Positions 1 through 12,659 of a stretch of 64,000 nt of DNA are shown here, one piece after another. The stretch is from Desulfuromonadales bacterium (GTDB taxonomy: Bacteria; Desulfobacterota; Desulfuromonadia; Desulfuromonadales; JACZKF01): NCBI GenBank assembly GCA_029289095.1, contig JARFUG010000004.1:13250-77249 (forward strand), in the 5' to 3' direction. The stretch's first letter is position 1. The number at the start of each line of letters is the position of its first letter. Under the pieces are notes generated by a model. That model was not told the origin of the DNA. It did not search any database and was given only the letters and a program-made list of their open reading frames with translations. The position numbers and the translations under genes were made by a program.

Positions 1-123
1 GTCCGGTTGCCGCTACAAAGACCTTTTTGGCCACGTCGCCTCCTCAATCGGAACGCCTTGGTTGCATGACCCCATGCCATGCATCATATCAGAGCTCCGA
101 TATAGACGAACAAAAAATATGTG

Positions 124-930
124 CTACTCCATCGCGACAACGAAACTGTTTGCATATCCGCTTCTTTCGAAATCTAATTGCGCCCCTTCGGCCGATTCGA
201 GCGTCGTATACTTTCCGACGCGAACGCGGTAGAAAAGCTGCCCTTTGACCCATCCCTCCTCCACGGAGGCCGAACCGTAACGGGCGCGCATCTCGCCCGC
301 CAGCCGATCGGCATTTTCGCGGACGGTAAAGGCGCCGATCTGGATCGCATAGCTGCCAATGGAATAGCTGCGCGGCTGCCGATAGGCGACATGTCCGGAG
401 CCGTCAGTCTCCCTGAAACCGAGCGCCTCGACCCGCACCGGAGCAGTTCCCGGCCCGACGATGTCGAGTTCCTGAGCCAGGGTATAGGAAAGATCGATGA
501 TGCGCCCCTTGACGAAGGGTCCGCGATCGTTGATGCGGGCGAGGATCACCTTGCCGTTGTTCAGATTGGTGACACGGACGGTGACCCCCATGGGAAGCGT
601 CTTGTGGGCGGCGGTGCGGGCGTACATGTCATAGATCTCGCCGTTGCTCGTCTTTTTTCCGTGAAAGTCCTTGCCGTACCAACTGGCATGCCCCTTTTCG
701 ACGAAACCGATATGAGCATCGCCAAGCATAGGCTCATATCGTTCGCCGAAAACGACATAAGGCCGCTCCCAACCCCTGAGTGAACGGAGTTCCGCAGGAT
801 CTGAAGGAGTGCGGGTTTCTGGCGAGGCCGGAGAAGCCGGGGTCTTGAAAGGGGGATGCTTATACCGTGGGGCGCAGGCCGAAAGGGAAGTGAGCAGGAA
901 TGCGGCAAGCAGAAGAAGCGGGTATTTCAT
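124..930 (-). CDS. rlpA: RlpA-like septal-ring lytic transglycosylase lipoprotein (DPBB core + C-terminal SPOR-like domain)
   Basis: ORF 124..939. Hydrophobic signal with lipobox LTSLSAC. Core GHASWYGKDFHGKKTSNGEIYD...ARINDRGPF is typical of RlpA. C-terminus YAIQIGAF...FYRVRVG is SPOR-like. ATG at 930 (MKYPLLLL) preferred because it avoids overlap with the upstream stop at 936. Confidence 0.85.
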   Translation of the reverse strand: MKYPLLLLAAFLLTSLSACAPRYKHPPFKTPASPASPETRTPSDPAELRSLRGWERPYVVFGERYEPMLGDAHIGFVEKGHASWYGKDFHGKKTSNGEIYDMYARTAAHKTLPMGVTVRVTNLNNGKVILARINDRGPFVKGRIIDLSYTLAQELDIVGPGTAPVRVEALGFRETDGSGHVAYRQPRSYSIGSYAIQIGAFTVRENADRLAGEMRARYGSASVEEGWVKGQLFYRVRVGKYTTLESAEGAQLDFERSGYANSFVVAME

Positions 931-935
931 CAATA

Positions 936-1883
936 TCACTCATGGGGAAAAAGAGCCGGGGCTCGCTGTAAAAAATCTTCGACCTCAGATCGATCGGGAA
1001 TCGCCGTGCGCCCGCCGAGGAAGCGCGTCTTGAGAGCGGCGCAGGCGGCGGCGAAGACGACGGTTCGCTGCAGGCTCCACTTCTGGAGCAGACCAAAGAT
1101 GTAGCCGCCGTGAAAAACGTCGCCGCACCCCGTGGTGTCGACGGCTGCGACCTCAAAGGCGGGCTGATGAAAAATCTCTCCATCGGCGCCCCGGGTGAGG
1201 CACCCATTTTTTCCCGATGTCACGGTGACGGCGCGCGCGCCGTAGCGCAGAAGAGCCTCAAGCGCCTCGGATGGTTTGTCGGCGATCCGCCGAGCGAAGG
1301 TTTCGCTGACGACGAGATGGTCGATATGGGGCAGGAGCTCATCCGTCCCCTCCCGCCAGCTTCCGCCGTCGAGGACGGTGACGATGCCGCGCGCCCGGGC
1401 GAAACGGGCCGCTGCCAGGGAAGCGACCCGCTGAAGTCCGTCCAGATGCAGAACACGAGCCGAAGCGATGAGGTCCCGCGGGATCTCGGCTTTTTCGAGG
1501 GGGCGGGCGCTCCCCCGGGTCCAGAAGATGTTTCTGCGGGCGCGCTCCTGCTCGACAACGATGAAGGCGACCTGACTGCTCCCTTCGGGATCGGTCGAAA
1601 GAGCGCGGCAATCGACCCCCTCGGAAAGAAGGCCAGCTCGGATCTTCTCTCCGAAATCGTCGCCGCCGACGCGTCCCGCAAAGGCGGTCGAAACTCCCAG
1701 TCTTGAGAGAGTCACCAAGGCTGTCGCCACCGGCCCCCCGCCCTGCACCAGAAAGTCCCCCAACTCCGCCTTCTGATCGACCTCGGGGTACTGCGCCACC
1801 GTCCCCAGGATATCGAGAGAGCACTGCCCGAGGCCGACAACGTCGAAGAGCGGAGCGGATGTCAGGGTTTGCGAAACTGGCAT
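936..1883 (-). CDS. PfkB-family carbohydrate/nucleoside kinase
   Basis: 315 aa. N-terminal VVGLGQCSLD...GGGPVATA and C-terminal DTTGCGDVFHGG match the PfkB/ribokinase signatures. Substrate not assignable. Confidence 0.8.
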   Translation of the reverse strand: MPVSQTLTSAPLFDVVGLGQCSLDILGTVAQYPEVDQKAELGDFLVQGGGPVATALVTLSRLGVSTAFAGRVGGDDFGEKIRAGLLSEGVDCRALSTDPEGSSQVAFIVVEQERARRNIFWTRGSARPLEKAEIPRDLIASARVLHLDGLQRVASLAAARFARARGIVTVLDGGSWREGTDELLPHIDHLVVSETFARRIADKPSEALEALLRYGARAVTVTSGKNGCLTRGADGEIFHQPAFEVAAVDTTGCGDVFHGGYIFGLLQKWSLQRTVVFAAACAALKTRFLGGRTAIPDRSEVEDFLQRAPALFPHE

Positions 1884-1891
1884 GGCGCCTT

Positions 1892-1958
1892 CCTAGGTCC
1901 TGGGTTCCAGGTTGCAGGCTTTCTCCTGGCTTCTGGATTCCGGCTCCTGGCTCCTGCC
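1892..1958. repeat. Degenerate tandem heptamer tract (TGGCTCC / GGAGCCA type)
   Basis: cctaggt cctgggt tccaggt tgcaggc tttctcc tggcttc tggattc cggctcc tggctcc, between the kinase start and the accA stop. Confidence 0.7.
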
Positions 1959-1962
1959 TTAA

Positions 1963-2916
1963 CTATTCCGTCACCCGCGTCATGGCGCGGAACTTGTCGT
2001 ACCTTTGCACTACCAGTTCCTGGGGGGAGAGCTGCTTGAGTTCATAAAGATTCTTTTTCAAATACTTCTTGAGGTTGCGCGCCGCTTCGGCGTGGTCGTT
2101 GTGCGCTCCCCCCACCGGCTCGGGGACGACGTCGTCGATAACGCATCCCAGTGAAGCAATGTCCGACGCGGTCAGTTTGAGGGCATCGGCAGCGATCGAC
2201 CCCTTGGTGCCGTCGCTCCAGAGGATGGCGGCGCACCCTTCGGGGGAGATGACGGCATAGACCGAGTATTCCATCATCAGAACACGGTTGCCGACGGCGA
2301 TGGCCAGGGCGCCCCCCGAGCCCCCTTCGCCTGTAATGGTAACGATGATCGGAACACTCAGGGCAGCCATTTCGCGAAGGTTGCGGGCGATGGCTTCGGC
2401 CTGTCCCCTCTCCTCGGCGCCGATGCCGGGAAAAGCCCCGGGAGTGTCGACGAAGGTGAAGATCGGAAGACCGAACTGTTCGGCCATCTGCATCACCCGC
2501 AGGGCCTTGCGGTACCCTTCGGGATTGGGCATGCCGAAGTTTCGGTAGACCTTCTCCTTGGTGTCCCTCCCCTTCTGATGACCGATAATGCAGCACGGCT
2601 CACCGTCGAGACGGGCAAAGCCGCAGACGATGGCCGGATCGTCCCGGAAATTGCGGTCGCCGTGCACTTCGACCCAGTCGGTGAAGATCTCCCTCACAAA
2701 ATCGAGGGTGAAAGGACGGTTGATGTGACGGGCAAGCTGGGTGCGCTGCCAGCGCGAAAGGTTGGAGAAGATATCCTCGCGCAGCTTTTCGACCTTCTTC
2801 TCCAGCTTGCGTATATCCCCGGAAAAATCAACATTGTCGGTTGAATACTGCCGCAGTTCCCGGATCTTCTGCTCGAGTTCAGCGATCGGTTTTTCAAAGT
2901 CGAGAAAGAATTGCAT
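1963..2916 (-). CDS. accA: Acetyl-CoA carboxylase carboxyltransferase alpha subunit
   Basis: 317 aa. [15 protein letters not shown]..., [26 protein letters not shown] and [11 protein letters not shown] are diagnostic AccA blocks. Confidence 0.95.
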   Translation of the reverse strand: MQFFLDFEKPIAELEQKIRELRQYSTDNVDFSGDIRKLEKKVEKLREDIFSNLSRWQRTQLARHINRPFTLDFVREIFTDWVEVHGDRNFRDDPAIVCGFARLDGEPCCIIGHQKGRDTKEKVYRNFGMPNPEGYRKALRVMQMAEQFGLPIFTFVDTPGAFPGIGAEERGQAEAIARNLREMAALSVPIIVTITGEGGSGGALAIAVGNRVLMMEYSVYAVISPEGCAAILWSDGTKGSIAADALKLTASDIASLGCVIDDVVPEPVGGAHNDHAEAARNLKKYLKKNLYELKQLSPQELVVQRYDKFRAMTRVTE

Positions 2917-2933
2917 TTAGGACTCCTTTTTAT

Positions 2934-3008
2934 GAGGCGATAGGCAATGGGCCATGGGCGATAGGCTGGTTTACCCTGTTGCCTCGTGCCTATTGCCTCG
3001 TGCCTGCT
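2934..3008. repeat. Heptamer-built inverted repeat (TAGGCAA type)
   Basis: gaggcga taggcaa tgggcca tgggcga taggctg ... ctgttgc ctcgtgc ctattgc ctcgtgc. The arms are imperfect reverse complements, between the accA start and the dnaE stop. Confidence 0.7.
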
Positions 3009-6482
<3,474 letters not shown>

Positions 6483-6680
6483 ATAAAAGCAGGCTCGAGG
6501 CGCCAGAGCGATGGGCTCCAGGCTGAATTTTAATCACAGTAAAATATCGGCGGATGATACCACTGAGCAGAACAGAAGGTCAAGAAATCCGGATTAAGGA
6601 TAAGCGGCGGAAATGGAAAGCATTTTGGGTCCGGGGGTCATTTCTTGAGCCGAATGGACGCTATGGGACTCATGGAATTT

Positions 6681-7286
6681 TCATCTTTCATCCTTCATCC
6701 CTGAACCCAGCACCTCAACCCCGCAATGCCGCAGGAACTCGGTCAGCCGGATGAGCGGCAGACCGATGAGGCTGGTGTAATCGCTCCCCTGCATCCCCTG
6801 CATGAGGGCGATCCCGAGCCCCTCGATCTTGAACGATCCGGCGCAGTCGACGGGGTTTTCCCGCTCCACATAGGAACGGATTTCGGCGTCGGTGAGTGAA
6901 CGCAGCGTGACAGTGAAGGGGACGCAGTCCGAAAATGATTCGCCGGTGGCGGCGTCGATAAGGGCCACTCCCGTATAGAAGGTGTGGGTTCTGCCTGCCA
7001 TCGCCCGCAGTTGTTCAAAGGCCTTTTCAGGGGTCAGGGGCTTGCCCAGGATGCGACCACGATAGTCTACGAAAACCTGATCCGCGCCGATGATGAGCGC
7101 ATCGGGAAAATACTTCCGAAGAGATTCGGCTTTGTGGTAGGCGAGATGCTTGACCAGAAGCGAAGGCGCAACCCCCTGGTCGATTCTCTCCTCGAAGACC
7201 GGAGAAGCGGTGACAAAAGGGATCTGCAACTGCTGGAGGAGTTGCTTGCGGTAGGGGCTGGTCGAAGCGAGGACGATGGAACGCAT
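6681..7286 (-). CDS. maf: Maf-like nucleoside triphosphate pyrophosphatase (septum formation protein)
   Basis: ORF 6681..7331. ATG at 7286 (MRSIVLASTSPYRKQLL) has a GGAGG about 7 nt upstream and gives the canonical Maf N-terminus. GADQV and AGSFKIEG motifs present. Confidence 0.9.
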   Translation of the reverse strand: MRSIVLASTSPYRKQLLQQLQIPFVTASPVFEERIDQGVAPSLLVKHLAYHKAESLRKYFPDALIIGADQVFVDYRGRILGKPLTPEKAFEQLRAMAGRTHTFYTGVALIDAATGESFSDCVPFTVTLRSLTDAEIRSYVERENPVDCAGSFKIEGLGIALMQGMQGSDYTSLIGLPLIRLTEFLRHCGVEVLGSGMKDER

Positions 7287-7353
7287 GAAGGAACCTCCCG
7301 TGGATGGACGCTCCTTTATACTCTCGTACAATGGTTGAGGGCAAGAAGGGATA

Positions 7354-7420
7354 ATAGCAATTTTGAATGTTGAATGTTGAATTTTGAATTAAGGCGCCTG
7401 GCTCATGACTCCTGGCAAGT
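7354..7420. repeat. Heptamer tract (TTGAATN type, then GGCNCCT type)
   Basis: agcaattttgaatgttgaatgttgaattttgaatt followed by ggcgcct ggctcat gactcct ggcaagt. It shares a 21-nt exact block (ttgaatgttgaattttgaatt) with 43429..43527. Confidence 0.75.
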
Positions 7421-7504
7421 CGTCCGGGTTCGAGCTCGGTTTCAGGGGCGGCGGCGACCAAAAGGCCTGCTGCGCTTGCTCCATTTACCAGGCGGCAAAA
7501 TTTC

Positions 7505-8323
7505 TTACAACGGCACCTCAACCACCTCCATATGCAGAAGGTCGATGGAGAGCATGCGACCGCGCAGGGGCGCCCCTTCGCCTACGAGAATTTTGGAGAC
7601 CTCGGCCACCTGGAGACTGGCGACGACGGCCGGAGTAAAGGAGGGATTGCCGAGCCTCTGCTCGGCCCCTTTCCCTTCTTTCCAGTGATTGTAGATGCGC
7701 CGCACCGCGCCGTCCCCCGGAAAGACCGAGGCGATATGCCCGTACCATCCGGCAATGGCGCCGTGCACCAGGGGCAGGCCGAGAAATGCGCAGACCTCTT
7801 CGAGTTCGAGACGCACGGGGATGCTGTCGAGGGCATCGACGACGACGGATGCACCGGTGAATAGTTCGGCCCCGTTTTCGCTGGAGAACGCCTCGCACAC
7901 AGGATGAAAAATGACCGCGGGATTGATCTCTGCGATCCGCGCAGCCGCCGATTCGACCTTTGCCTGAGCGAGCCTCTGCGGTGATGAAAGGATCTGACGG
8001 TTAAGATTGTGCTCCTCGAACGTGTCGGGATCGATGCCGACGATCTGTCCGACCCCCAGCCGTGCCAATTCCTCGAGGACATACCCCCCGAGGCCCCCGC
8101 AGCCGACCACGGCCACGCGGCTGCGAAAGAGCCGGAGCTGCTGCTCGATCGAAAGCATCTGCCGGTTTCGCTGGTAACGTGCGGGTAAAAGTCCCGCCTC
8201 CAGAATGACCTCCTCGATTTCGGCGAAGCTCCTTCTGAACTCCCTGGCGGCGGCCGTCTGTACCGCCCACGAAATCAGGTCCCCCTCGGCCCTTTTTGCC
8301 AGGAAAGCCCGGACCTCTTCCAA
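7505..8323 (-). CDS. ThiF/MoeB/HesA-family E1-like adenylyltransferase
   Basis: 272 aa. Nucleotide-binding loop VAVVGCGGLGGYVLEELARLGVGQIVGIDPDTFEEHNLNRQ. No rhodanese domain and no Zn-cysteine pairs seen. Stop of the upstream MoaD-like gene is 1 nt away. Confidence 0.85.
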   Translation of the reverse strand: MEEVRAFLAKRAEGDLISWAVQTAAAREFRRSFAEIEEVILEAGLLPARYQRNRQMLSIEQQLRLFRSRVAVVGCGGLGGYVLEELARLGVGQIVGIDPDTFEEHNLNRQILSSPQRLAQAKVESAAARIAEINPAVIFHPVCEAFSSENGAELFTGASVVVDALDSIPVRLELEEVCAFLGLPLVHGAIAGWYGHIASVFPGDGAVRRIYNHWKEGKGAEQRLGNPSFTPAVVASLQVAEVSKILVGEGAPLRGRMLSIDLLHMEVVEVPL

Positions 8324-8324
8324 C

Positions 8325-8549
8325 TCACCCTCCCCCGACGAGCGGAAAGAGCGCCAGGGTATCCCCTTCGCTCAGAGCGTGTTCGACACTGACATGTCGG
8401 CTGTTTACGAGGATGATCCCCAGTTCGTGCCTCGAGATGCCGAGTCCGTCGACGATTTCCCCTACCATTGTCCCTTCCGGGCACTCCCTGTCCTCGATCT
8501 CGAACCGATTGTTGCGGAATGTGGCAAAAAGCTTGACGGTCACCCTCAT
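8325..8549 (-). CDS. MoaD/ThiS-family ubiquitin-like sulfur-carrier protein (C-terminal GG)
   Basis: 74 aa, MRVTVKLFATFR...GDTLALFPLVGGG. Beta-grasp pattern with a terminal Gly-Gly. Overlaps the upstream ORF by 4 nt. Confidence 0.8.
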   Translation of the reverse strand: MRVTVKLFATFRNNRFEIEDRECPEGTMVGEIVDGLGISRHELGIILVNSRHVSVEHALSEGDTLALFPLVGGG

Positions 8550-9163
8550 GATTTCAGCTCCTCGAAAACGACGCAGAGCCGGACTCGTTCTCCGGCCTGC
8601 GGGATGCCCTCCCCCTTTATTAAAGCTTCCGGCAAAACGGGCCGCCCGTCAAGAGTCGACTCCGAGCATCCTTTCCAGAACGCGGGGTCCTGACGGGCGA
8701 GAAAATCTTTCATTTCCGATAACGGCAGCACGATCCCCTTCAGAAGAAAAATCGGCCCGAGCTCTTCCATCATCAGATTGAAGAGCTTGACTTTGATCTC
8801 CCCCTCTCCCGAAGGGACGGCGCTCTCCTCACCGTGGGAAATGCCTCCACGCATAGCGGAGTAGAATCCCCCGCGCCGCATGGTAGCCCCAACCAGCCCC
8901 GGCATTGCTCCTGAGAGGGCAAGGGTCGAGCCGTCGCGCAGCACGGCAGTCTTAATGTCGTCGACCGGTTTGTAGTCGAGGAAGATCGTGGTAATCCGCC
9001 CCCTGACGAAGTCGGGATCGAGACGCAGTTGCCGACAGAGAAGATCCTCCAGCGTCGACCCCGCCTCCACGCGAAAGGAAAAACCTTGCTGCACTATCGC
9101 AGAGAAGGCGCGGACCTGTTCCCGATGCAGAAAGAGCTGAAGAGTGCTGCATGCCTGACTCAT
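8546..9163 (-). CDS. Uncharacterised protein; N-terminal half resembles a MoaD/ThiS beta-grasp fold without a terminal GG
   Basis: 205 aa. RVEAGSTLEDLL...ITTIFLDYKPVDDIKTAVLRDGSTLALSGAMPGLVG follows the beta-grasp sulfur-carrier pattern. The second half (EGEIKVKLFNLMMEELG...) has no family I recognise. Translationally coupled to the MoaD-like gene. Confidence 0.6.
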   Translation of the reverse strand: MSQACSTLQLFLHREQVRAFSAIVQQGFSFRVEAGSTLEDLLCRQLRLDPDFVRGRITTIFLDYKPVDDIKTAVLRDGSTLALSGAMPGLVGATMRRGGFYSAMRGGISHGEESAVPSGEGEIKVKLFNLMMEELGPIFLLKGIVLPLSEMKDFLARQDPAFWKGCSESTLDGRPVLPEALIKGEGIPQAGERVRLCVVFEELKS

Positions 9164-9257
9164 TTTCCTCCTTCTCTCGAGATCCCCAATGATCGGAAAT
9201 CAATCAAATTCACAGAGATCAAGGAGATGCAGGGGGTCAAGATGTGTGCCGGTTTTT

Positions 9258-9287
9258 AACTCCTGGCTCCAACTCCTGACTCCTCGC
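9258..9287. repeat. Short heptamer tract (CCTGRCT type)
   Basis: aactcct ggctcca actcctg actcctc, next to the AOR terminator. Confidence 0.5.
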
Positions 9288-9288
9288 A

Positions 9289-9330
9289 GAAAAAGGGGGA
9301 GAAGCCCATCGGACTCCTCCCCCCTTTTTC
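9289..9330 (-). terminator. Rho-independent terminator after the AOR gene (bidirectional shape)
   Basis: aaaaaggggggaggagtccgatgggcttctccccctttttc on the minus strand. GC stem GGGGGAG/CTCCCCC is flanked by A- and T-runs. Confidence 0.75.
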
Positions 9331-9336
9331 AGCGGA

Positions 9337-11073
9337 TTACCAGTTGAAGACCTGATCCATCTCCTCATCGCTGACGGAGAATGTCTGGTTGTGCGGTGCG
9401 ATCGGGTCGGTGTAGAAGAAGCGCGGCAGGCGGTCGTGCTGAGCGGTGAAGCCGGCCCGCTTGTTGAAGTCGCGCTCTGCCGAGAGGACCTTCTTCCCGA
9501 GGGCCACGACATCGTCGCCGGTGAGGTTGGTACCGTAGAAAGCATTGAGCATGTCGAGCAGAGCCTGGAACGTTTCGGGCTGATCCATGATCGCGAAGGC
9601 GATGAAGAGGCACATGCCCGTGGAGTCGATGGCGGCCGTGGCGATCTGCAGATCGCGCGAGAGGGCTACCTGTCCCTCGGTCTTGAGAGGATCGACATCC
9701 CCGCCGACCTTCAGGATGTTGGTGGCGATGGCGTAGCCGGCGGTGTGGTCGGCGCCCTGAGTGCTGGTGGCGTAGGTGACGCCTATTCCCTGGATGGGGC
9801 GGGGGTCGTAGGCGGGGATCGCCTGCCCCTTGACGACGGGCACCTTCTCGACGCCGAAGACCTTGCCGGTAATCTCGGCCCCGCACCCGAGGATGCGCCC
9901 GAGGGGCGTTCCCTTGGCGACCTCTTCCACGAGGCGAATGGCGGCTGCGCCATCACCGAACTCGGCCAGGCCTGCGTCCATGGCAACGCCGATGGTCGCT
10001 CCCATCTCGATGGTGTCGACACCGATGTTGTCGTCCATATAATCAAGGCGGGCGATGACGTCGAGATCATCGATGCCGCAGTTGCCGCCGTGCGACCAGA
10101 CGGTCTCATACTCGGGCTGCTTGGTGACGTAGTTGCCTTCGGCGTCGTTGAAGATCCCGGAGCACTGGATGACGCAGCCGCGGTGGCAGCCGTGGGTGGC
10201 GCTGCCGCCGCGCTTGACCTCCAGCTCGGCCTGGGCCTCGCCGCTGATCTTGGCGCCGTTGGGGAAGACACCGGTCTTGAAGTTGTAGGTCGGATAGCCG
10301 CCGGCCTCGTTGAGAACGTTCGTGAGGACGTTGGTGCCGTAAGCGGGGAGCCCTTCGCCGGTGACGGGGTGCTTGCGCAGCCCTTCGACGAACTTGCGGT
10401 TGGCGTCGCGGTACTTCTCGGGATTCACGGGGGTACGGTGCTTCAGGCCGCTGTCATCGAGGATGATCGCCTTGACCTTCTTGGAACCCATGACGGCGCC
10501 GACGCCGCCGCGGCCGCAGTGCCGGGTGGGGCGAAGCTCGGGGTCGGTGCAGGCGATGGAAGCGGCAAGAAGCTGACGCTCACCGGCCGAACCGATGGTG
10601 ACGTAGGCAGGCTTGTCGCCGTACTCGCCGCGCAGCTTCTCGACCAGGGGATAGTTGTCGAGGAGCTTCAGGCTGTTGTCGACGGAGATCTTCACGCCGT
10701 CCTTGTTGATGAAGATCTTGTAGAGCTCGTCCCCTTCGGGCTTGCCTTCAAGGATAATCGCTGCATAGCCGAGGCGCGCAAGCACCTGGGCGGCCTGCCC
10801 GCCTGCATTGGACTCCTTGATGGTGCCGGTCAGGGGGCTCTTGCAGCCGACCGAGAGGCGGCCCGTCATGGCGCCGGTGGAGCCGCTCAGCATCCCCGGG
10901 GAGATGACGAGCTTGTTTTCCGCCCCAAGGGGATGGGCGAGCGGGTGCACTTCCTTGTTGACGATGAGGGAGGTCGTCGCTCTGCCCCCCAGTCCGAGGT
11001 ACTCGCCGACCGGTTCGGTCGTCATCTTCGGGCCGCCCTGGGCGCCCATGTCGATTCTGAGAATCTTGTCCAT
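9337..11073 (-). CDS. aor: Tungsten-type aldehyde:ferredoxin oxidoreductase (AOR family)
   Basis: Real start is MDKILRIDMGAQGG at 11073, with GGAG upstream. 578 aa carrying AOR N-terminal and catalytic-domain blocks (GGRATTSLIV, GLGYAAIILEG, CHRGCVIQC, TQGADHTAG). The 1009-aa ORF in the track is read-through into mftF in another frame. Confidence 0.93.
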   Translation of the reverse strand: MDKILRIDMGAQGGPKMTTEPVGEYLGLGGRATTSLIVNKEVHPLAHPLGAENKLVISPGMLSGSTGAMTGRLSVGCKSPLTGTIKESNAGGQAAQVLARLGYAAIILEGKPEGDELYKIFINKDGVKISVDNSLKLLDNYPLVEKLRGEYGDKPAYVTIGSAGERQLLAASIACTDPELRPTRHCGRGGVGAVMGSKKVKAIILDDSGLKHRTPVNPEKYRDANRKFVEGLRKHPVTGEGLPAYGTNVLTNVLNEAGGYPTYNFKTGVFPNGAKISGEAQAELEVKRGGSATHGCHRGCVIQCSGIFNDAEGNYVTKQPEYETVWSHGGNCGIDDLDVIARLDYMDDNIGVDTIEMGATIGVAMDAGLAEFGDGAAAIRLVEEVAKGTPLGRILGCGAEITGKVFGVEKVPVVKGQAIPAYDPRPIQGIGVTYATSTQGADHTAGYAIATNILKVGGDVDPLKTEGQVALSRDLQIATAAIDSTGMCLFIAFAIMDQPETFQALLDMLNAFYGTNLTGDDVVALGKKVLSAERDFNKRAGFTAQHDRLPRFFYTDPIAPHNQTFSVSDEEMDQVFNW

Positions 11074-11222
11074 TGCTTCTCCTTTTCCTTTCATCCAGTA
11101 GTGGATAGAAAAATCTCCTTTCCCCAGGGAGGCTCGACCGTTTCCCGTCGAACCCGGTGGCCGGGCGCCATGAGAGATGATCTCTTTTAGGCGCTCAGGC
11201 TCGGAGATGTGAACATGTCCTT

Positions 11223-12659
11223 TCAGAAAACAAGGGGCATGCGCCTTTGAAATTGAAGTCTGTAGCTGGCGAAGGTCCTCTGGGCCATGCAACCGCGAAA
11301 GACGCCGCTTCCGTACGCGAGGTGCTCCGAAAGATAGAAAAACAGAAATACGGCGGGATTCAGATCGGGACGGCGCACGTACCAATCCACGGCGGCAGGC
11401 CACAGCACAACGATAAGGAGTACGGGCCACGCGGCCGGCCATGTCAGTGCAAGAGCAATCAGCGGTACACCGTAATAGCGTACCAGATGGAAACCTAGGT
11501 AATAGACGAGACTCGCGAATGTTCGAACACGAGATGCGATCACCTGCAGAAAGCCGAGGGAAAAGCCCGGCCTTTTCGATTCCGACCGGATGACGACCGC
11601 GTCGGCAGCCAGAAGGATCGCCGCACCGAGAAACCAGCTCAGTCCCCCTGCGAGGAGGCCGACGACGCAACAGGCCAGGACGCCGCAAAGCAGCGGCGGG
11701 AATGCCATCTTCTTGCGCCGTTCGGGGTGGAGGGCCTGCAGGAGCCCCTCCGAGGTGCCGTATTCGAAGCGCCGCTTCAGAAAAGCCGGAAGATAGCTGC
11801 GGTGAGCATGCCAGACTCGTCCCTTCGGGCGATAGATGATACGAAAGCCGCCGTCGCGCAGACGCCAGGTCAGGTCGACGTCTTCGCCGACGTGCATCTC
11901 CGAGCGGAATCCGCCGACCCGTCTGAACGCGTCGCGACGCACCAGCAGGTTGCAGCTTGGCAGGTAGAAGGTGTCGTCCCCCCCCTGCCCGGAGCGTTCG
12001 TGCTTGCCGAGGCTGAGACTCGACATGACCGCTTCGTAGCGGTCGAGAGCCGAGGAGCGGTACATGCCGTCCACCAGTCCGCCGATCGCCGCCACCTCGG
12101 GATCGGCAAAGACGTCGATCAGCTCCCTCAGCCAGGGGACCGAGGCGGTGCAGTCTGAATCGATGAAGGCGAGAATCTCGCCTGTCGCCGCTTCGGCGCC
12201 GCGGTTGCGGGCCGCGGCCGGCCCCCTCCCACGCCCACCGGAGGGCAGGACCGTGGCCCCGAAAGCGCGGGCGACGTCGGCGCTGCCGTCGCTGCTGCCG
12301 TCGTCGACGACGATCACTTCCAGCAGCTCCGCAGGATAATCGATCAAGGAGAGGGAGGTGAGGCACTCGCGCAGCTCCTCTTCCCGGTCCTTAACAGGGA
12401 TCACGACGCTAACCCTCGGCAGGTCCGCGGAAGTCTGTTCAACCGCCCCGATCCGCTGCAGAAATCCGCGTTTGGCCAACTCCTCCAGGGCACGGGCCGC
12501 CCCCTCGGAAGCCGGAGAGAGAGGAGCCTCCGCCATCTGCCTCACCAGCGAGAGGAGCGCTCCGTTGAGTCGCACCATGCGCAGAGGACGGGGCGCCACG
12601 AGAAAGGTCCCCTCGGCCGACTCGCGGATGCTGATGTCGGAGGCGAGAGCGTAAGTCAT
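11223..12659 (-). CDS. mftF: Mycofactocin-system glycosyltransferase (GT2 core + C-terminal membrane domain)
   Basis: 478 aa. VSVVIPVKDREEEL...VVDDGSSDGS...IDSDC GT-A core, preceded by a ~90-aa N-domain and followed by multiple TM helices. This is the architecture of MftF, and the gene lies in the same strand block as mftABC. Confidence 0.85.
   Translation of the reverse strand: MTYALASDISIRESAEGTFLVAPRPLRMVRLNGALLSLVRQMAEAPLSPASEGAARALEELAKRGFLQRIGAVEQTSADLPRVSVVIPVKDREEELRECLTSLSLIDYPAELLEVIVVDDGSSDGSADVARAFGATVLPSGGRGRGPAAARNRGAEAATGEILAFIDSDCTASVPWLRELIDVFADPEVAAIGGLVDGMYRSSALDRYEAVMSSLSLGKHERSGQGGDDTFYLPSCNLLVRRDAFRRVGGFRSEMHVGEDVDLTWRLRDGGFRIIYRPKGRVWHAHRSYLPAFLKRRFEYGTSEGLLQALHPERRKKMAFPPLLCGVLACCVVGLLAGGLSWFLGAAILLAADAVVIRSESKRPGFSLGFLQVIASRVRTFASLVYYLGFHLVRYYGVPLIALALTWPAAWPVLLIVVLWPAAVDWYVRRPDLNPAVFLFFYLSEHLAYGSGVFRGCMAQRTFASYRLQFQRRMPLVF

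Noticed and set aside
27-248. 73-aa + strand ORF at the window start
   Set aside because: It overlaps the rlpA 3' end on the opposite strand, has no RBS, and no recognisable motif.
9337-12366. 1009-aa ORF suggesting a giant AOR fusion protein
   Set aside because: The N-terminal ~430 residues are Arg/Pro/Gly-rich low-complexity sequence and overlap mftF in another frame. A proper RBS and the canonical AOR N-terminus (MDKILRIDMG) occur at 11073. This is a high-GC open-frame artefact.
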